Shown piece by piece: positions 14,883 through 28,700 of a stretch of 64,000 bases of DNA. Position 1 is the first letter of the stretch. Every line of letters starts with the position of its first letter. The stretch covers positions 111,910,001 to 111,974,000 of the forward strand of contig OX597815.1 in NCBI GenBank assembly GCA_951406725.2, written 5' to 3'. Position numbers and translations under genes: made by a program. This stretch comes from Octopus vulgaris. Lineage: Eukaryota. The notes below the pieces were generated by a model. The model had not been told where the DNA came from. It ran no database searches and saw only the letters and a list, made by a program, of their open reading frames with translations.

Positions 14883-15660
14883 AGAGTAGGCACATAAAGG
14901 CGTAATAAGGTGGAAAAGATTGTACTCGAATACCAGAGCTGGAATTATATGCTTTATTAAAAGGCAGTACTAAAATTACAAAACTGTTACTCAGAGTTTC
15001 ACGTTCCCGTTCGTCGGACAGTTTTCTTTAGAATAGAACAAACATAGGGTTATATGCAAAAAGCAAAAATATGCAATTAATTTGATAGATACACATTTCA
15101 AAATGGTTTTGTCGCATTGGTTTTCTTCAACAATTTACTGCATAAAAGCATATTATTATAAAAATCGAAGAAAACCTTAAATCAAAAAAATCTTATAAAT
15201 AAGAACAAGGTCTGAATGCCAAGAGTAAATAATTAGCTGTAAAATGTTAATATTTTATATACTACTAACTGCATATGTAATCTCGCGTGAAAAAATTTTT
15301 AACGGATATATCTTTTAATTTATTAATTGATAAATATTTTACAGCTAATTATTTAACCTGGGTATTCAGGCCTTGTCATTCTTTATAAGCTAAGTTTCAT
15401 ATAAGGTTTTCTTCGATTTTTATACTAATACGATTTTTATCGCAATTTGTTATTGCATGCAAACGGTTATTGAAAAGAGACCGTTAGTTGAGAGGAACAA
15501 TGAAACAAAACCATTTTCAAATGAGTACCTCTCAAACTACTTGTATATTTTTTCATATAACCTTATTTTTGTTCCATTCTAAACAAAACTGTCCTACGAA
15601 CGGGAACATGAATCTCTGAGTAACAGTTTTGTTGTGATATTTTTGCTGCTTTTTAATTAC
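14881..15660. mobile_element. Non-autonomous PLE-like inverted-repeat element with divergent HHRs, bounded by (TA)n
   Basis: Inverted arms, a minus-strand HHR at 14980-15025 and a degenerate plus-strand HHR at 15585-15630. Confidence 0.7.
14980..15025 (-). ncRNA. Type I HHR with U4C core
   Basis: aaaacugu-CCGACGA-ACG(GGAA)CGU-GAAA-CUCUGAG-UA-acaguuuu, with an 8-bp stem I. Confidence 0.75.
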
Positions 15661-15722
<62 letters not shown>

Positions 15723-15749
15723 TTTATTTAAAGCAGCAGAAAATTCAAC

Positions 15750-15797
15750 AAAATCTGTTACTCTGAGTTTCTCGTTGCCGTTCATCAGACAGTTTTT
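15750..15797 (-). ncRNA. Type I HHR
   Basis: cugu-CUGAUGA-A-CG(GCAA)CG-A-GAAA-CUCAGAG-UA-acag. Confidence 0.7.
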
Positions 15798-17113
15798 GCT
15801 AGAATGGAACCGATATATCAATTCAATCCAGACTCTTACAAACGCTACACCTTTTAAAAAAATGGACTTGTTTGATTGGCCCTTTAGAAAACGGTCAATC
15901 TTCGAGCGATAAACAAAAAATGAGCTCAAAAATATATGTATATATATATAAAAAAATTATAAAAATTGTAAAATTCGAGGAAAAAACCTTACATTGAATA
16001 AAATACATATTGACGTTAATGAAGAAAATATCATTAATGCATAGAAATTAAAACTCATTATAAATATTACACTGCAATACATATTCATATTAAAGTGTAC
16101 ATATATATATCAACATACACAGAAGGATGCGTGCAAACGCCATACATATACAGACGTATAAATATAAATCTAAAATATACACACAAATGCATGCATACAT
16201 ATATGTACGCAATCTATCTCGCACGCAAGTTAAAATCATCGATGTAACGTTTCTCATTTACGTAGTAAAGCTTAAGTAAGGGGGACGTAAAGTTGTATCA
16301 GTATCAGTTAGAGAAAAAACGAAAGAAAGGAAGAGAGAGAGAAAAAGGAACGAAGAAGGGGAAGGAAAAAAGAAAAAGGAGGGGTGGGGAAAAAACGAAA
16401 TAAGAAAAATTATGTATACAAGCTGTGTAACCGCGTTATTGACATATATGGAGACAAGTATACAAATACACAAGTTCGAATGGATACATACACATACAGT
16501 CGTGTATGTGTGTGCTTAAGCACAAACATACGCTCACTTACACATACACATAGACGCATGCTTACAAATACATATCCATGGCTATACACATATTTATATC
16601 AAAATTCTAAATTTTGACAACATTGATTTTTAAAAAAAGATGTGTGCAATAATGAGAAAATATACGAAAGACATAAAATATAACACCCTATTTTGGATCA
16701 TCTATAAATTAAAAATCAAGGTAATCCTATACAATACAATAACATGAAATAAACAAAGCCGAAGGTTTTTCCTAATGTATATGTAGAAATATAAGACTTT
16801 GCTATACGGAATGAAATCTGCATAGCGCGAAACAAATCCATCGTCGCGTTTACATACTAGTCCAAGAGTCAAAATCAAAATTTCAAAAATCAGAAATACA
16901 AAATATATACACTATCCATATGGTATATTTATATTTGACATTTTAAATTTGGTTGCGTGTCTACATAAGTTCATTAGCTCACTTCTTTGATTCAAAGAAT
17001 TATTGTCTTTGAATAAAATGTACAGTTTTTCTAATAGTTTTTTTTTTTTTTTTTTAAAAGGTGTAGCGTTTGTAAGAGTCTGGATTGAATTGATATATCG
17101 GTTCCATTCTAGC

Positions 17114-17161
17114 AAAAACTGTCTGATGAACGGCAACGAGAAACTCAGAGTAACAGATTTT
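17114..17161 (+). ncRNA. Type I HHR (inverted twin of 15750-15797)
   Basis: ctgtCTGATGAacggcaacgaGAAActcagagTAacag. Confidence 0.7.
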
Positions 17162-18851
17162 ATTGAATTTTCTGCTGCTTTAAATAAAGCATATTACTCT
17201 ACCACTGGTATTTGAGTACTCTTTTTTCCACCTTGTGTGTTTACATTTATGTGTTTACTCCGGTATATATATATATATATGCATATGAGATATTCAGTGT
17301 TGCATGGTCACATGGTTCAAAAGATTTCGTAACTCAGATGCCCACCCCCTCGACAATCCTTGCTTTTTTCCAAGTAAGATAATATCTCACCCTGCCCAAA
17401 CATGATTACACGAAATACATATAAATAAATACACACACACACACACAAACACTTATATATATATATATATATGTACACATGCTTACATACATTCATACAT
17501 GCATACCGAACTACATTCATACATATATATATATATAATTAGTGTATATATGTAATTTATAAATGTTACGTAAGCGACAATAATTTGAGAAGAAAGAGTC
17601 TAATACTTGATTTTATATATGTTTACTTATATTTGTGTGCGTGTGTGTGTGCGTGCGTGTGTGTGTTGGGAACATTGATAAAATATGTATAATTTATGTG
17701 AGAAATTTATTTTTACTTTGATTAAAATAGCTATGTCTTTAGAGAGAAATATGTCATTATTCTCCTGCATTTCGCACATCTGACCACTACTCTTATTTGT
17801 CACTCGTGCAACATGAACGATTCATTACCCTTAATCATTTGTAAGATATGATAAGCAGGCAGAATAAACCTTCAAATACAAACGACACAAAGACCAACTA
17901 AGGAGAGACGCTGTTGTAGCAAGAGAGTAGTAACGTTGTTAGATAATTAAGAAAATTATTTCCTTAGGCATTATGAAACAAATAAAATATAAATAGAAAG
18001 CCTCTAGTTAGTGACGAATGACTTAGAAAGTATGAATTTTATAAATTGCAACAAATTCAATACCTTCAAACATTAAAGTGTTAGTCACAAAATAAGTATA
18101 AAGCGTATTATATGTAAATTGATATTTACTCTTTTTCTCTGCGGACGTGCCTTCTCTTGTTCTTGCACTTCGCTTCTTTACCCTTCTCTTCATCGTCCCC
18201 TATACTTTCTTATTCTCTCTAATATTAGCTCAATTCGTCTAAGACTCAGTGTAATTTATGAACTCATGTATATAAACTGCTAGTTACGAACATATCTTTA
18301 ACATCTTAGGTAACCACTATTTACACTATGGCTCATACGCAAAATAAAAATTAATAAAAAATAAAAACATGAATAAAAGAAAAAAAGAAAAAAAACTATA
18401 CTTCAATCTGAAAATAATATTTTCACCGTCTCTAGCATACCGACATCTAATCCACTAGCTTGACTTCCATTATCCTCCACCTAAATATCCATTAATTATT
18501 CAGCAACCTATTTAAGCTCCCAGTATAATACTATAATACGTATGTGTGTGCACATAAATTATATGGATGTATAATGTTTTGTATTTACCTGCGCTCACAT
18601 CGCTAAATATTCCTTTCTTTTCTTTCCCTTCCTTATATCTCTCTTCTTCTTCTGTCTCTCTCTTTCTCTATTTCTCCCTCTAAACTCAGTGTAAATCATC
18701 TCTCTTCAACTGTTAGTATTCTTAAGACACTTAGACCTGGGTAAGTAAAAGCGTATATATACAGAAAGAAAAAAAGAAAGTAAGTAAGAAAGAAAGAAAA
18801 ATAGAAGGAAAGAAGGACAGGGCTTTTTCGTAGCGAAAGAGTGTCTTGTAA

Positions 18852-19263
18852 TTTTCGGTTTGAATGGCAGTTTTTTCTAGCGGTGTCATATGAAATTGTC
18901 ACCAATAATTATGACCCTAGTATCGATCTATTGCATTTCAATCTGTTTTAGGGTTAGGGTTAGGGGTGCGGGGAAGGGTATCTTTTTTCGTCAGAAATGT
19001 AAATAAACCCAATCTGTTTCTTAAAGGAGGGACATATTCATAGGGCACAGAATGATTTTCACCTCAATAGACGTCATTGATTGGTTGAAATTGCAGAAAT
19101 TGAAGAAAAAAAACAACAAATATCTTACAAACTATAGAATTTTCTCAATAAAGCCAAGAGAAAAATATGTTTTTTAAATACATTCTACCAGTATACGAAG
19201 TTTAAAAGTGTTTAGTTACGTGGAAATTATTTTAAAAATCTGCCGTTCAAACCGAAAAGATCC
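18852..19263. mobile_element. MITE-like element with ~19-bp TIRs and internal (TTAGGG)3
   Basis: ttttcggtttgaatggcag at 18852-18870 pairs with ctgccgttcaaaccgaaaa at 19240-19258. Confidence 0.7.
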
Positions 19264-19738
19264 GTAATTTTGTGTGATGAATATGATTAACAAAATTAAG
19301 TTACATTTAAATTAGGTTTGTAAGTCACCAGGATACAGTGAGCCATTAACGCAATACTAATTCGTGGAAGTGATTTGAAGCTACTAACAATTAAGCACAA
19401 AACATCTAAAAGTCTTAACGTATGTAACACGTAGTCATAGATCCGATTAATTAGACTATTCTGTATGCAATGTCTTCGATCATTCAAAGTCGATAGAATT
19501 ACAGCTGATGGACAAAGAAAGTGTTTTTTACCCCGTGTTCTAACGACGAATATATTACTACGCTTCATTAGATTGCCTTTTTCACATGATAAGTGTGCCA
19601 CATGACAACCGTGGGCAACTATCTACTTGACAACTTTGCCTTGCCTAACATATACTCGAAAAAACTCGTCTATTTGCTGACACCAGCGAGAAGTATTGTT
19701 TTGCGAAAATTTCTAGTTTGAATATTTGCTCTTTGAAA

Positions 19739-20135
19739 GGCGGCGAGCTAGCAGAAACGTTAGCACGCCAGGCGAAATGCGTAGCCATACTTCGTCTGCC
19801 GTTACGTTCTGAGTTCAAATTCCGCCGAGGTCGACTTTGCCTTTCATTCTTTCGGGATCGATTAAATAAGTACCAGTGAAACACTGGGGTCGATATAATC
19901 GATTTAATCTGTTTGTCTGTCCGTGTTTGTCTCCTCTGCGTTTAGCCCCTTGTGGGTAGTAAAGAAATAGGTATTTCGTCTGTATTTACGTTCTGAGTTC
20001 AAATTCCACCGAGGTCGACTTTGCTTGTCATCCTTTCGGGGTCGATAAATTAAGTATCAGTTACGTACATGGGTCGATGTTATCGACTGCCCCTTCCCCC
20101 AAAATTTAGGCCCTTGTGCCTAGAGTAGAAACGAA
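19739..20135 (+). mobile_element. tRNA-headed SINE with Nin/Deu-like core, internally duplicated
   Basis: ggcggcgagctagcagaaacgttagc head. The core gaggtcgactttgcctttcatcctttcggggtcgataaattaagta occurs twice. Confidence 0.8.
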
Positions 20136-21374
20136 TATTTGTTCTTTGATTTGAAAAACTTAACAAGTTCATAAAATCCGAGAGTCTAGTATTCATGCGT
20201 TTCATTGTGATCTCTACAAAGAAACATGTATTTCCAGTGAGTGGTTTATAAGCTCATACCAAGTACGATTTCTTAAGAGAAACCTCAAGCTAGCAAATCA
20301 TATCTAAAGGCTATATAAATTTCGCTGCTCAAGGCAGTAAATTACTCACGTTTGCTGTATCTTCAAAGAGTTATATGATAAAGGTTGTTGATTATCGCTG
20401 TCGCCGCCGCCATCAATTGCACCCCCACCCCACCCCACCATCATCATCATTGTCATCAACACCATCACCTACACCATTACCACCAGTACTATTATGTTCG
20501 CCCTGATCCTCACCCTTCTATTCCCTATTTTATACCACTTTGCATAATATATAACTAATTGTATTTATTCATAATCAAATATCTACATTAATTACAACGT
20601 TTTTTTATTAACATTATTTCCAAAACATACAAAAAGTTCCGTATTTTGGTGAAGGAAGCTAGATCATGGGCGAATACGTTACATATTTGGACTCCAGAAG
20701 GACGAAAATATAATGTTCACCTATGTAGAATTTGAAATCACGACATATAGATGTGTAATTAGATATCGCAAATCACTTTAGCCTACACCTTACCAGTATT
20801 CACATTAATATCATCAGATAATAATTAATTTTGTCAAATTTAGTACCATCAGCATGTTGTGTATTCTTGTTACTTTTGGTGTTGCTATCGTTGCATTATT
20901 TTATTTTACCAATTTTTTGCGTCATAAAACTCTCATGCTAATGAACTTTTCAGTGTAGTTGGAGTTTTAAAAAATGTGTAGTGAATCTTCTAATTAAACT
21001 CAAATTAGTTATTAACACACGTTAGGTTTCCAGTAAAATCAGAGGACTGGGATTCCTTATTACATATGATGTAGGATTTTATGTTTTGAGATTTTAAAAT
21101 TAAAATTATATGTAGCCTTTTAATTAAACATACGTTAGTTTTGAAGTTAAAATTATTGCTACAGGCTATTCAAGTTTGTTAGGAAACACTTACTCGTACA
21201 CGCATCTGCAGTTTATGGATTCTAAAACGCTGTATAAAATTATTCCTTGATAGTGAACAGCAGTGAGCGCATAAATTTTCCTCCTCAACCGGAATTAGAG
21301 TGTATTGATAAACATGTATGATTAGACATCGCCCTTCATTTTAATGTAAGACCGAATATTTTAATGAATAATAT

Positions 21375-22133
21375 ATTCATTTCTAATTTCTGGACAAGGC
21401 CTAAAATTTTGGAGGAGGGGGCAGTCGATTCCATCGACCCAATTATGCAAGTAGTTCTTAATTTATCGATGAAAGGTAAAGTCGACTTCGGTGGAATTTG
21501 AATTCAGAGCGTAAAAACAAACGAAATATCGCTAAGCGTTTCGCCCGGCGTACTAACATCTCTTATTTCTTTATTACCCACAAGGGGCTAAACATAGAGG
21601 AGACAATCAAGGACAGAAAAACGGATTATGTCGAATACATCGACACCAGTGCGTAACTGGTACTTAATTTATCGACCCCGAAAGGAAAAAAGGAAAAGTC
21701 GACCTCGGCGGAATTTGAACTCAGAACGTAGCGGCAGACGAAATACCTATTTATTTACTACCCACAAGGGTCTAAACACAGAGAGAACAAACAAGGACAA
21801 ACGGATTAAGTCGATTACATCGACCCCAGTGCATAAATGGTACTTATTTAATCGACTCCGTGATGGAATTTGAATTCAGAACATAACGGCAGACGAAATA
21901 CCTATTTCTTTATTACCCACAAGGGGCTAAACATAGAGGGAACAAACAAGGACAGACATAGGTATTAAGTCGATTACATCGACCCCAGTGCGTAACTGGT
22001 AATTAATTTATCGACCCCGAAAGGATGAAAGGCAAAGTCGACCTCGGCGGAATTTGAACTCACAACGTAACGGCAGACGAAATATCGCTAAGTATTTCGC
22101 CCTGCGTGCTAAAGCTTCTGCCAGCTCGCTGCC
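21375..22133 (-). mobile_element. Same SINE family, with multiple internal tandem core repeats
   Basis: gtcgacctcggcggaatttgaactc recurs about four times. Head gccagctcgctgcc at the right end. Confidence 0.8.
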
Positions 22134-23751
22134 TGAATGGATAGTGCATTAAATTAAAACCATAAAGAAAGTGCCATTTTCTATTTCGTACTCATATTGA
22201 ACAGTGTATACTTGACCACAATTGTAAAAATGTAAACATTCTGAAGCCAATCTTAAATCCAATTCTCCCAAAACAAAAAAGAAATTGTATATATAAGTAC
22301 TAAGAAGATACAAAATCACACACGCACGCACGCACATGCACACACACACATACACACACACACGCACACACACATACACACACGCACAAACAATAAGAAG
22401 GGCACATATGTACACAGACACGTAGAGAGACGCGTATTATTTGTGATGAATATCTCTTATGTAATTTTTTTTCATTTGAAGATGGCGAGAAGCGTCATGT
22501 AGTCAGTAAGTACTTAAATAATCACTTAGTAAAACATGGACTTCGCATTAGAATGTGCGAAATCATGATACTTGAGAACCTCGAACACCCAGAGCGCTGA
22601 GGTTCTTTTTCAAAGAATTGTTAACCAACATTTAGATAATAATGATGCGCGTGGGAGGAAGCAGACTGTGCGCATAAAAAGTATTAAGAAAGAAATTTAT
22701 ATTTACATAAATTTGTATGTACATCATGAGCGGTGAAAAAGTGATAGTTGTTACCTAAGCACAAAATTTTGTCCATAACTAATATCACGTGGTTCATTGA
22801 GGGATCGAATTGTGACCTAAAACGGTGTATAATTAATTGGTAAATGACACGCTTTATAGATTCTTAAACGTTGTGTAAAATTATTCCGTGATAGAGATAT
22901 TCTGAATGCATAGACCCAAGATAAATGTATGAAGCTGAGTTAATATAAAGCACCATATACGAAAATTACTGTGACATCATGAATATAGATATAAAGGGAC
23001 AAACATATAGGTGTATACATGCAGAAAAGAAGTACATGCGTTTATATATGCGTTTATATACGTATATACATTAATATATGCGTTTTTATGCGTATACGTG
23101 ATGTGAGTGCATGAGTATAATTTTAAGAAGCCCAAGAGGAAGTAGATATGCGCATCATCACCTTTGTTCTCATTAACATCATCACTAACGCGACCAACTT
23201 TAGTGAATCTGATACTCCTCAAAGTACCACTCCAGACACCTCTAATACACACAACACTACTCTAATGATTCTCAAAACCTTAACACTGCTGCCACTAACT
23301 TTATCCCGCACCGAACAAGAGGAAAACAACCTAACCTAAACAACAGTAAGAATTGACAGAGATATTAGACAAACTTCTCTAAAATCACAAACGTTTGACT
23401 TTCATGAGGATGTATTACAATACATTCACCGTTAAAATTAATCATATGACGATCATAGCTGCTATAGTTTCGATTACAAGTGTTAATCAGCTATGATTAC
23501 ATGAGCTATTGTAAGAACGATCTCGCTATTAGTACATCACACATATAGAAATGAAAGAAAGAATCAAATACCTTTGAGACAATCCAATTATATTTATTCA
23601 TAGTGAGGTTGTGTCAAGTTATCTCAGTCAGATGCTGATCAGGTGACGAACTTCCCACGTAATTAAAGACAGCTGTCTTATACGAATATTCATATATATG
23701 TATATGCATACGTAGTAATGTATGTATATTTTGCATCTATCTATCTATCTA

Positions 23752-23800
<49 letters not shown>

Positions 23801-24103
23801 TTTGTACCATGCGAGAGACATTTCCTGCAGTGAACTTGTCTTTTAGCAGTTGAAGTAAGTCACAAACATATTGTAACTGACCTAAACTTTCGTTATGACT
23901 AAACACTGCTTGGCGCTAACATTTCGCTATATATATATATATATACATATATATAAGTAAAAAAAAACACCCCCATGATGCTATTTACTCTGGCAGAAAT
24001 TTGGAAATGGCATGCTGTACCGCTTGGCAATCGCATCGGAAGCTCCAATGCGAACAGATGGTGAACATACAGAAAAACTGTATTTTTGCTTGGACACTGG
24101 CTT

Positions 24104-24897
24104 TTAGTTAGTTAGTTACTTAGTTAGTTAATTTTTGGCTCAAAAGCAAATAGCAAGGCCATGTAGGGGGGCATGGAGTTAAGTACAGGGTGGTGTTCAT
24201 GTAAAGAGTTCAGGCCACTTGAGATCAAAGGAGGCTTTGAACAAAGCGGTCGTCGGCATCTTCACCATCTCGTCTGGCAGCTTGTTCCACAGATCCGCAA
24301 CCCGGACGGAGAAAGCTCCTCTCCTCCGAATGAGATGAAATCGTCGCAGGTAGAGCTTTTCGGAATGACCCCGCAGCCGACGCTCTGGAGCAGGAGTGAA
24401 GAACAGCTCTTTCGAGAGGTTACACTTTCCGCTTATGATGTTGTGAGTGAGAATGATATCACCCGGGCGCGGTGTTTTTCTAGAGAATAAAGGTCGAGCG
24501 TCCTCAGCCTTTCTTCATAAGACATATTTTTGAGCTTCTGGACTCTTTCGAGATGCTGTATGTCTTTGAGGAGATAAGGAGAAGAGGCTTGAATCCCGTA
24601 CTCCAATATGGGTCTCACCAGCGTGACATAGAGTGGTAGGAATATGGCTGCTGTGAGCATTCCGAATGACCGTCGAATCAAGAACAGAATTCCGCGTGCT
24701 TTGTTGGCAGCATGGACTCACTGGGCCGAAGGCGAAAAGGAGGAATCCACCAAGATACCCAGGTCCTTTACCTGATAGAAACTCTCCAGCAGCCGACGAC
24801 CCGGCTCGAAACAAGTTCAGTTGCAGGGGGAGAGCCAACAGGCAGATGACAGCACTTTGACACGTTCAGACACAGGTCCCATTCGTTAGAACTATAG
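24104..24897 (-). mobile_element. 5'-truncated CR1-clade LINE with (CTAA)n tail
   Basis: VKDLGILVDSSFSPS..AANKARGILFLIRRSF..LYVTLVRPILEYG..KDIQHLERVQ..SYEERL. Tail seen as ttagttagttag at 24104-24131. Confidence 0.85.
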
Positions 24898-25420
24898 GTT
24901 TCCTTTATCTGAAAAGTAATTTTTAATCGGAAAAAATTTCTAAACGATGAACTTTTATCTTACTTTATATACTATATATTACTTATTATATGCTTCCAAT
25001 ATATATATTTTTATATATCTATATATTTATATATTTCTTATAGTTTTATGTATTTATTATACTAGGTGGTGTAATGTGTTTAAAATATATATATATATAT
25101 ATTTCTTAATCGCTAAAGTATTAATCGTTAACTTTTAATCGAGATGGACTGTATTCACGCACTTTCTTGTATTTTCTTTTATGCTTGTACTGATGAGTTA
25201 TGTTTCATCTTCCGTGATGTTATACATGTATATTCTATGTGAAAGAAAAAGCATTATGTGATTAAATGTTCGAGATATGAAATGTTACGTGGACGACCTT
25301 GTATTTGTTTGTTCTGCAACCACAGTTTAATATATTTGTCTCATTTAATTGAGCACTTCTATAGCAGTCCTGTTAAACACTTTGTTCCTGATAAGAAACA
25401 ATCATGGTATTATTGATATT

Positions 25421-25485
<65 letters not shown>

Positions 25486-25677
25486 ATATAATCAATTTGA
25501 ATAATCGAGCAATAAATTTAGCAATCACAAAACCACAAGAGGATGTACAGATGGAATATATTAGTTTGGCGCTCGGTAAAGGTGGTAAATAGAGTCCAGA
25601 GAACGAAAAATCTCAACAAGAGGTGTGTGGATATATGGCTAAAATATGAAACTTACATGTACATACATACATATATG

Positions 25678-25772
<95 letters not shown>

Positions 25773-25774
<2 letters not shown>

Positions 25775-28700
25775 CAATAATAATTCTCTAAAAGGGATAT
25801 AGACAGTAACTGCTCGATAACATAAGGGACTAAAGCCATCTGAATATGGCTAGGGACAGGGCAGGGTGGTGGGGGTGTTACTGTTGCATTTAGCCCCAGG
25901 CGAACATCGACGTCACCAGAAAGGCTCGACACCGTCACGGTGCCCTAAACCTGCAAAGGGAGGTAATTCCCCGATGAAGCGGAAACCACACACGGACCAT
26001 GGTTTCAAGGTGTATTGCCTATCATCGGCGTGTGGTAGGCCTCCGCTTCCGCGACGAATTCTCACTATGCAGGATTTCTTATATAGATTTTCAAGCAAAA
26101 TACATTTGCTGATTTCGAAAATCTGTTCGAAAGCAATAATAATTCTCTAAAAGGGATATAGACAGTAACTGCTCGATAACATAAGGGACTAAAGCCATCT
26201 GAATATGGCTAGGGACAGGGCAGGGTGGTGGGGGTGTTACTGTTGCATTTAGCCCCAGGCGAACATCGACGTCACCAGAAAGGCTCGACACCGTCACGGT
26301 GCCCTAAACCTGCAAAGGGAGGTAATTCCCCGATGAAGCGGAAACCACACACGGACCATGGTTTCAAGGTGTATTGCCTATCATCGGCGTGTGGTAGGCC
26401 TCCGCTTCCGCGACGAATTCTCACTATGCAGGATTTCTTATATAGATTTTCAAGCAAAATACATTTGCTGATTTCGAAAATCTGTTCGAAAGCAATAATA
26501 ATTCTCTAAAAGGGATATAGACAGTAACTGCTCGATAACATAAGGGACTAAAGCCATCTGAATATGGCTAGGGACAGGGCAGGGTGGTGGGGGTGTTACT
26601 GTTGCATTTAGCCCCAGGCGAACATCGACGTCACCAGAAAGGCTCGACACCGTCACGGTGCCCTAAACCTGCAAAGGGAGGTAATTCCCCGATGAAGCGG
26701 AAACCACACACGGACCATGGTTTCAAGGTGTATTGCCTATCATCGGCGTGTGGTAGGCCTCCGCTTCCGCGACGAATTCTCACTATGCAGGATTTCTTAT
26801 ATAGATTTTCAAGCAAAATACATTTGCTGATTTCGAAAATCTGTTCGAAAGCAATAATAATTCTCTAAAAGGGATATAGACAGTAACTGCTCGATAACAT
26901 AAGGGACTAAAGCCATCTGAATATGGCTAGGGACAGGAGCAGGGTGGTGGGGGTGTTACTGTTGCATTTAGCCCCAGGCGAACATCGACGTCACCAGAAA
27001 GGCTCGACACCGTCACGGTGCCCTAAACCTGCAAAGGGAGGTAATTCCCCGATGAAGCGGAAACCACACACGGACCATGGTTTCAAGGTGTATTGCCTAT
27101 CATCGGCGTGTGGTAGGCCTCCGCTTCCGCGACGAATTCTCACTATGCAGGATTTCTTATATAGATTTTCAAGCAAAATACATTTGCTGATTTCGAAAAT
27201 CTGTTCGAAAGCAATAATAATTCTCTAAAAGGGATATAGACAGTAACTGCTCGATAACATAAGGGACTAAAGCCATCTGAATATGGCTAGGGACAGGGCA
27301 GGGTGGTGGGGGTGTTACTGTTGCATTTAGCCCCAGGCGAACATCGACGTCACCAGAAAGGCTCGACACCGTCACGGTGCCCTAAACCTGCAAAGGGAGG
27401 TAATTCCCCGATGAAGCGGAAACCACACACGGACCATGGTTTCAAGGTGTATTGCCTATCATCGGCGTGTGGTAGGCCTCCGCTTCCGCGACGAATTCTC
27501 ACTATGCAGGATTTCTTATATAGATTTTCAAGCAAAATACATTTGCTGATTTCGAAAATCTGTTCGAAAGCAATAATAATTCTCTAAAAGGGATATAGAC
27601 AGTAACTGCTCGATAACATAAGGGACTAAAGCCATCTGAATATGGCTAGGGACAGGGCAGGGTGGTGGGGGTGTTACTGTTGCATTTAGCCCCAGGCGAA
27701 CATCGACGTCACCAGAAAGGCTCGACACCGTCACGGTGCCCTAAACCTGCAAAGGGAGGTAATTCCCCGATGAAGCGGAAACCACACACGGACCATGGTT
27801 TCAAGGTGTATTGCCTATCATCGGCGTGTGGTAGGCCTCCGCTTCCGCGACGAATTCTCACTATGCAGGATTTCTTATATAGATTTTCAAGCAAAATACA
27901 TTTGCTGATTTCGAAAATCTGTTCGAAAGCAATAATAATTCTCTAAAAGGGATATAGACAGTAACTGCTCGATAACATAAGGGACTAAAGCCATCTGAAT
28001 ATGGCTAGGGACAGGGCAGGGTGGTGGGGGTGTTACTGTTGCATTTAGCCCCAGGCGAACATCGACGTCACCAGAAAGGCTCGACACCGTCACGGTGCCC
28101 TAAACCTGCAAAGGGAGGTAATTCCCCGATGAAGCGGAAACCACACACGGACCATGGTTTCAAGGTGTATTGCCTATCATCGGCGTGTGGTAGGCCTCCG
28201 CTTCCGCGACGAATTCTCACTATGCAGGATTTCTTATATAGATTTTCAAGCAAAATACATTTGCTGATTTCGAAAATCTGTTCGAAAGCAATAATAATTC
28301 TCTAAAAGGGATATAGACAGTAACTGCTCGATAACATAAGGGACTAAAGCCATCTGAATATGGCTAGGGACAGGGCAGGGTGGTGGGGGTGTTACTGTTG
28401 CATTTAGCCCCAGGCGAACATCGACGTCACCAGAAAGGCTCGACACCGTCACGGTGCCCTAAACCTGCAAAGGGAGGTAATTCCCCGATGAAGCGGAAAC
28501 CACACACGGACCATGGTTTCAAGGTGTATTGCCTATCATCGGCGTGTGGTAGGCCTCCGCTTCCGCGACGAATTCTCACTATGCAGGATTTCTTATATAG
28601 ATTTTCAAGCAAAATACATTTGCTGATTTCGAAAATCTGTTCGAAAGCAATAATAATTCTCTAAAAGGGATATAGACAGTAACTGCTCGATAACATAAGG

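Larger units (their letters stand above)
15721..17265. mobile_element. PLE deletion derivative with ~140-bp inverted arms and divergent HHRs, bounded by (TA)n
   Basis: 15722-15860 is the reverse complement of ~17050-17190. PLE C-terminal motif LEKLYILFKDNNSLNQRSELMNLCRH on the minus strand at 16912-17040. Confidence 0.75.

Noticed and set aside
23452-23497. HHR-like remnant on minus (aucauagc..gauua/uaauc-GAAA-CUAUAG-CA-gcuaugau)
   Set aside because: The CUGANGA core is apparently collapsed and the UH is lost, so it is at best a decayed copy.
25185-25295. CTGATGA...GAAA candidate, and a similar one near 56435-56480
   Set aside because: No convincing stem I, stem III or UH.
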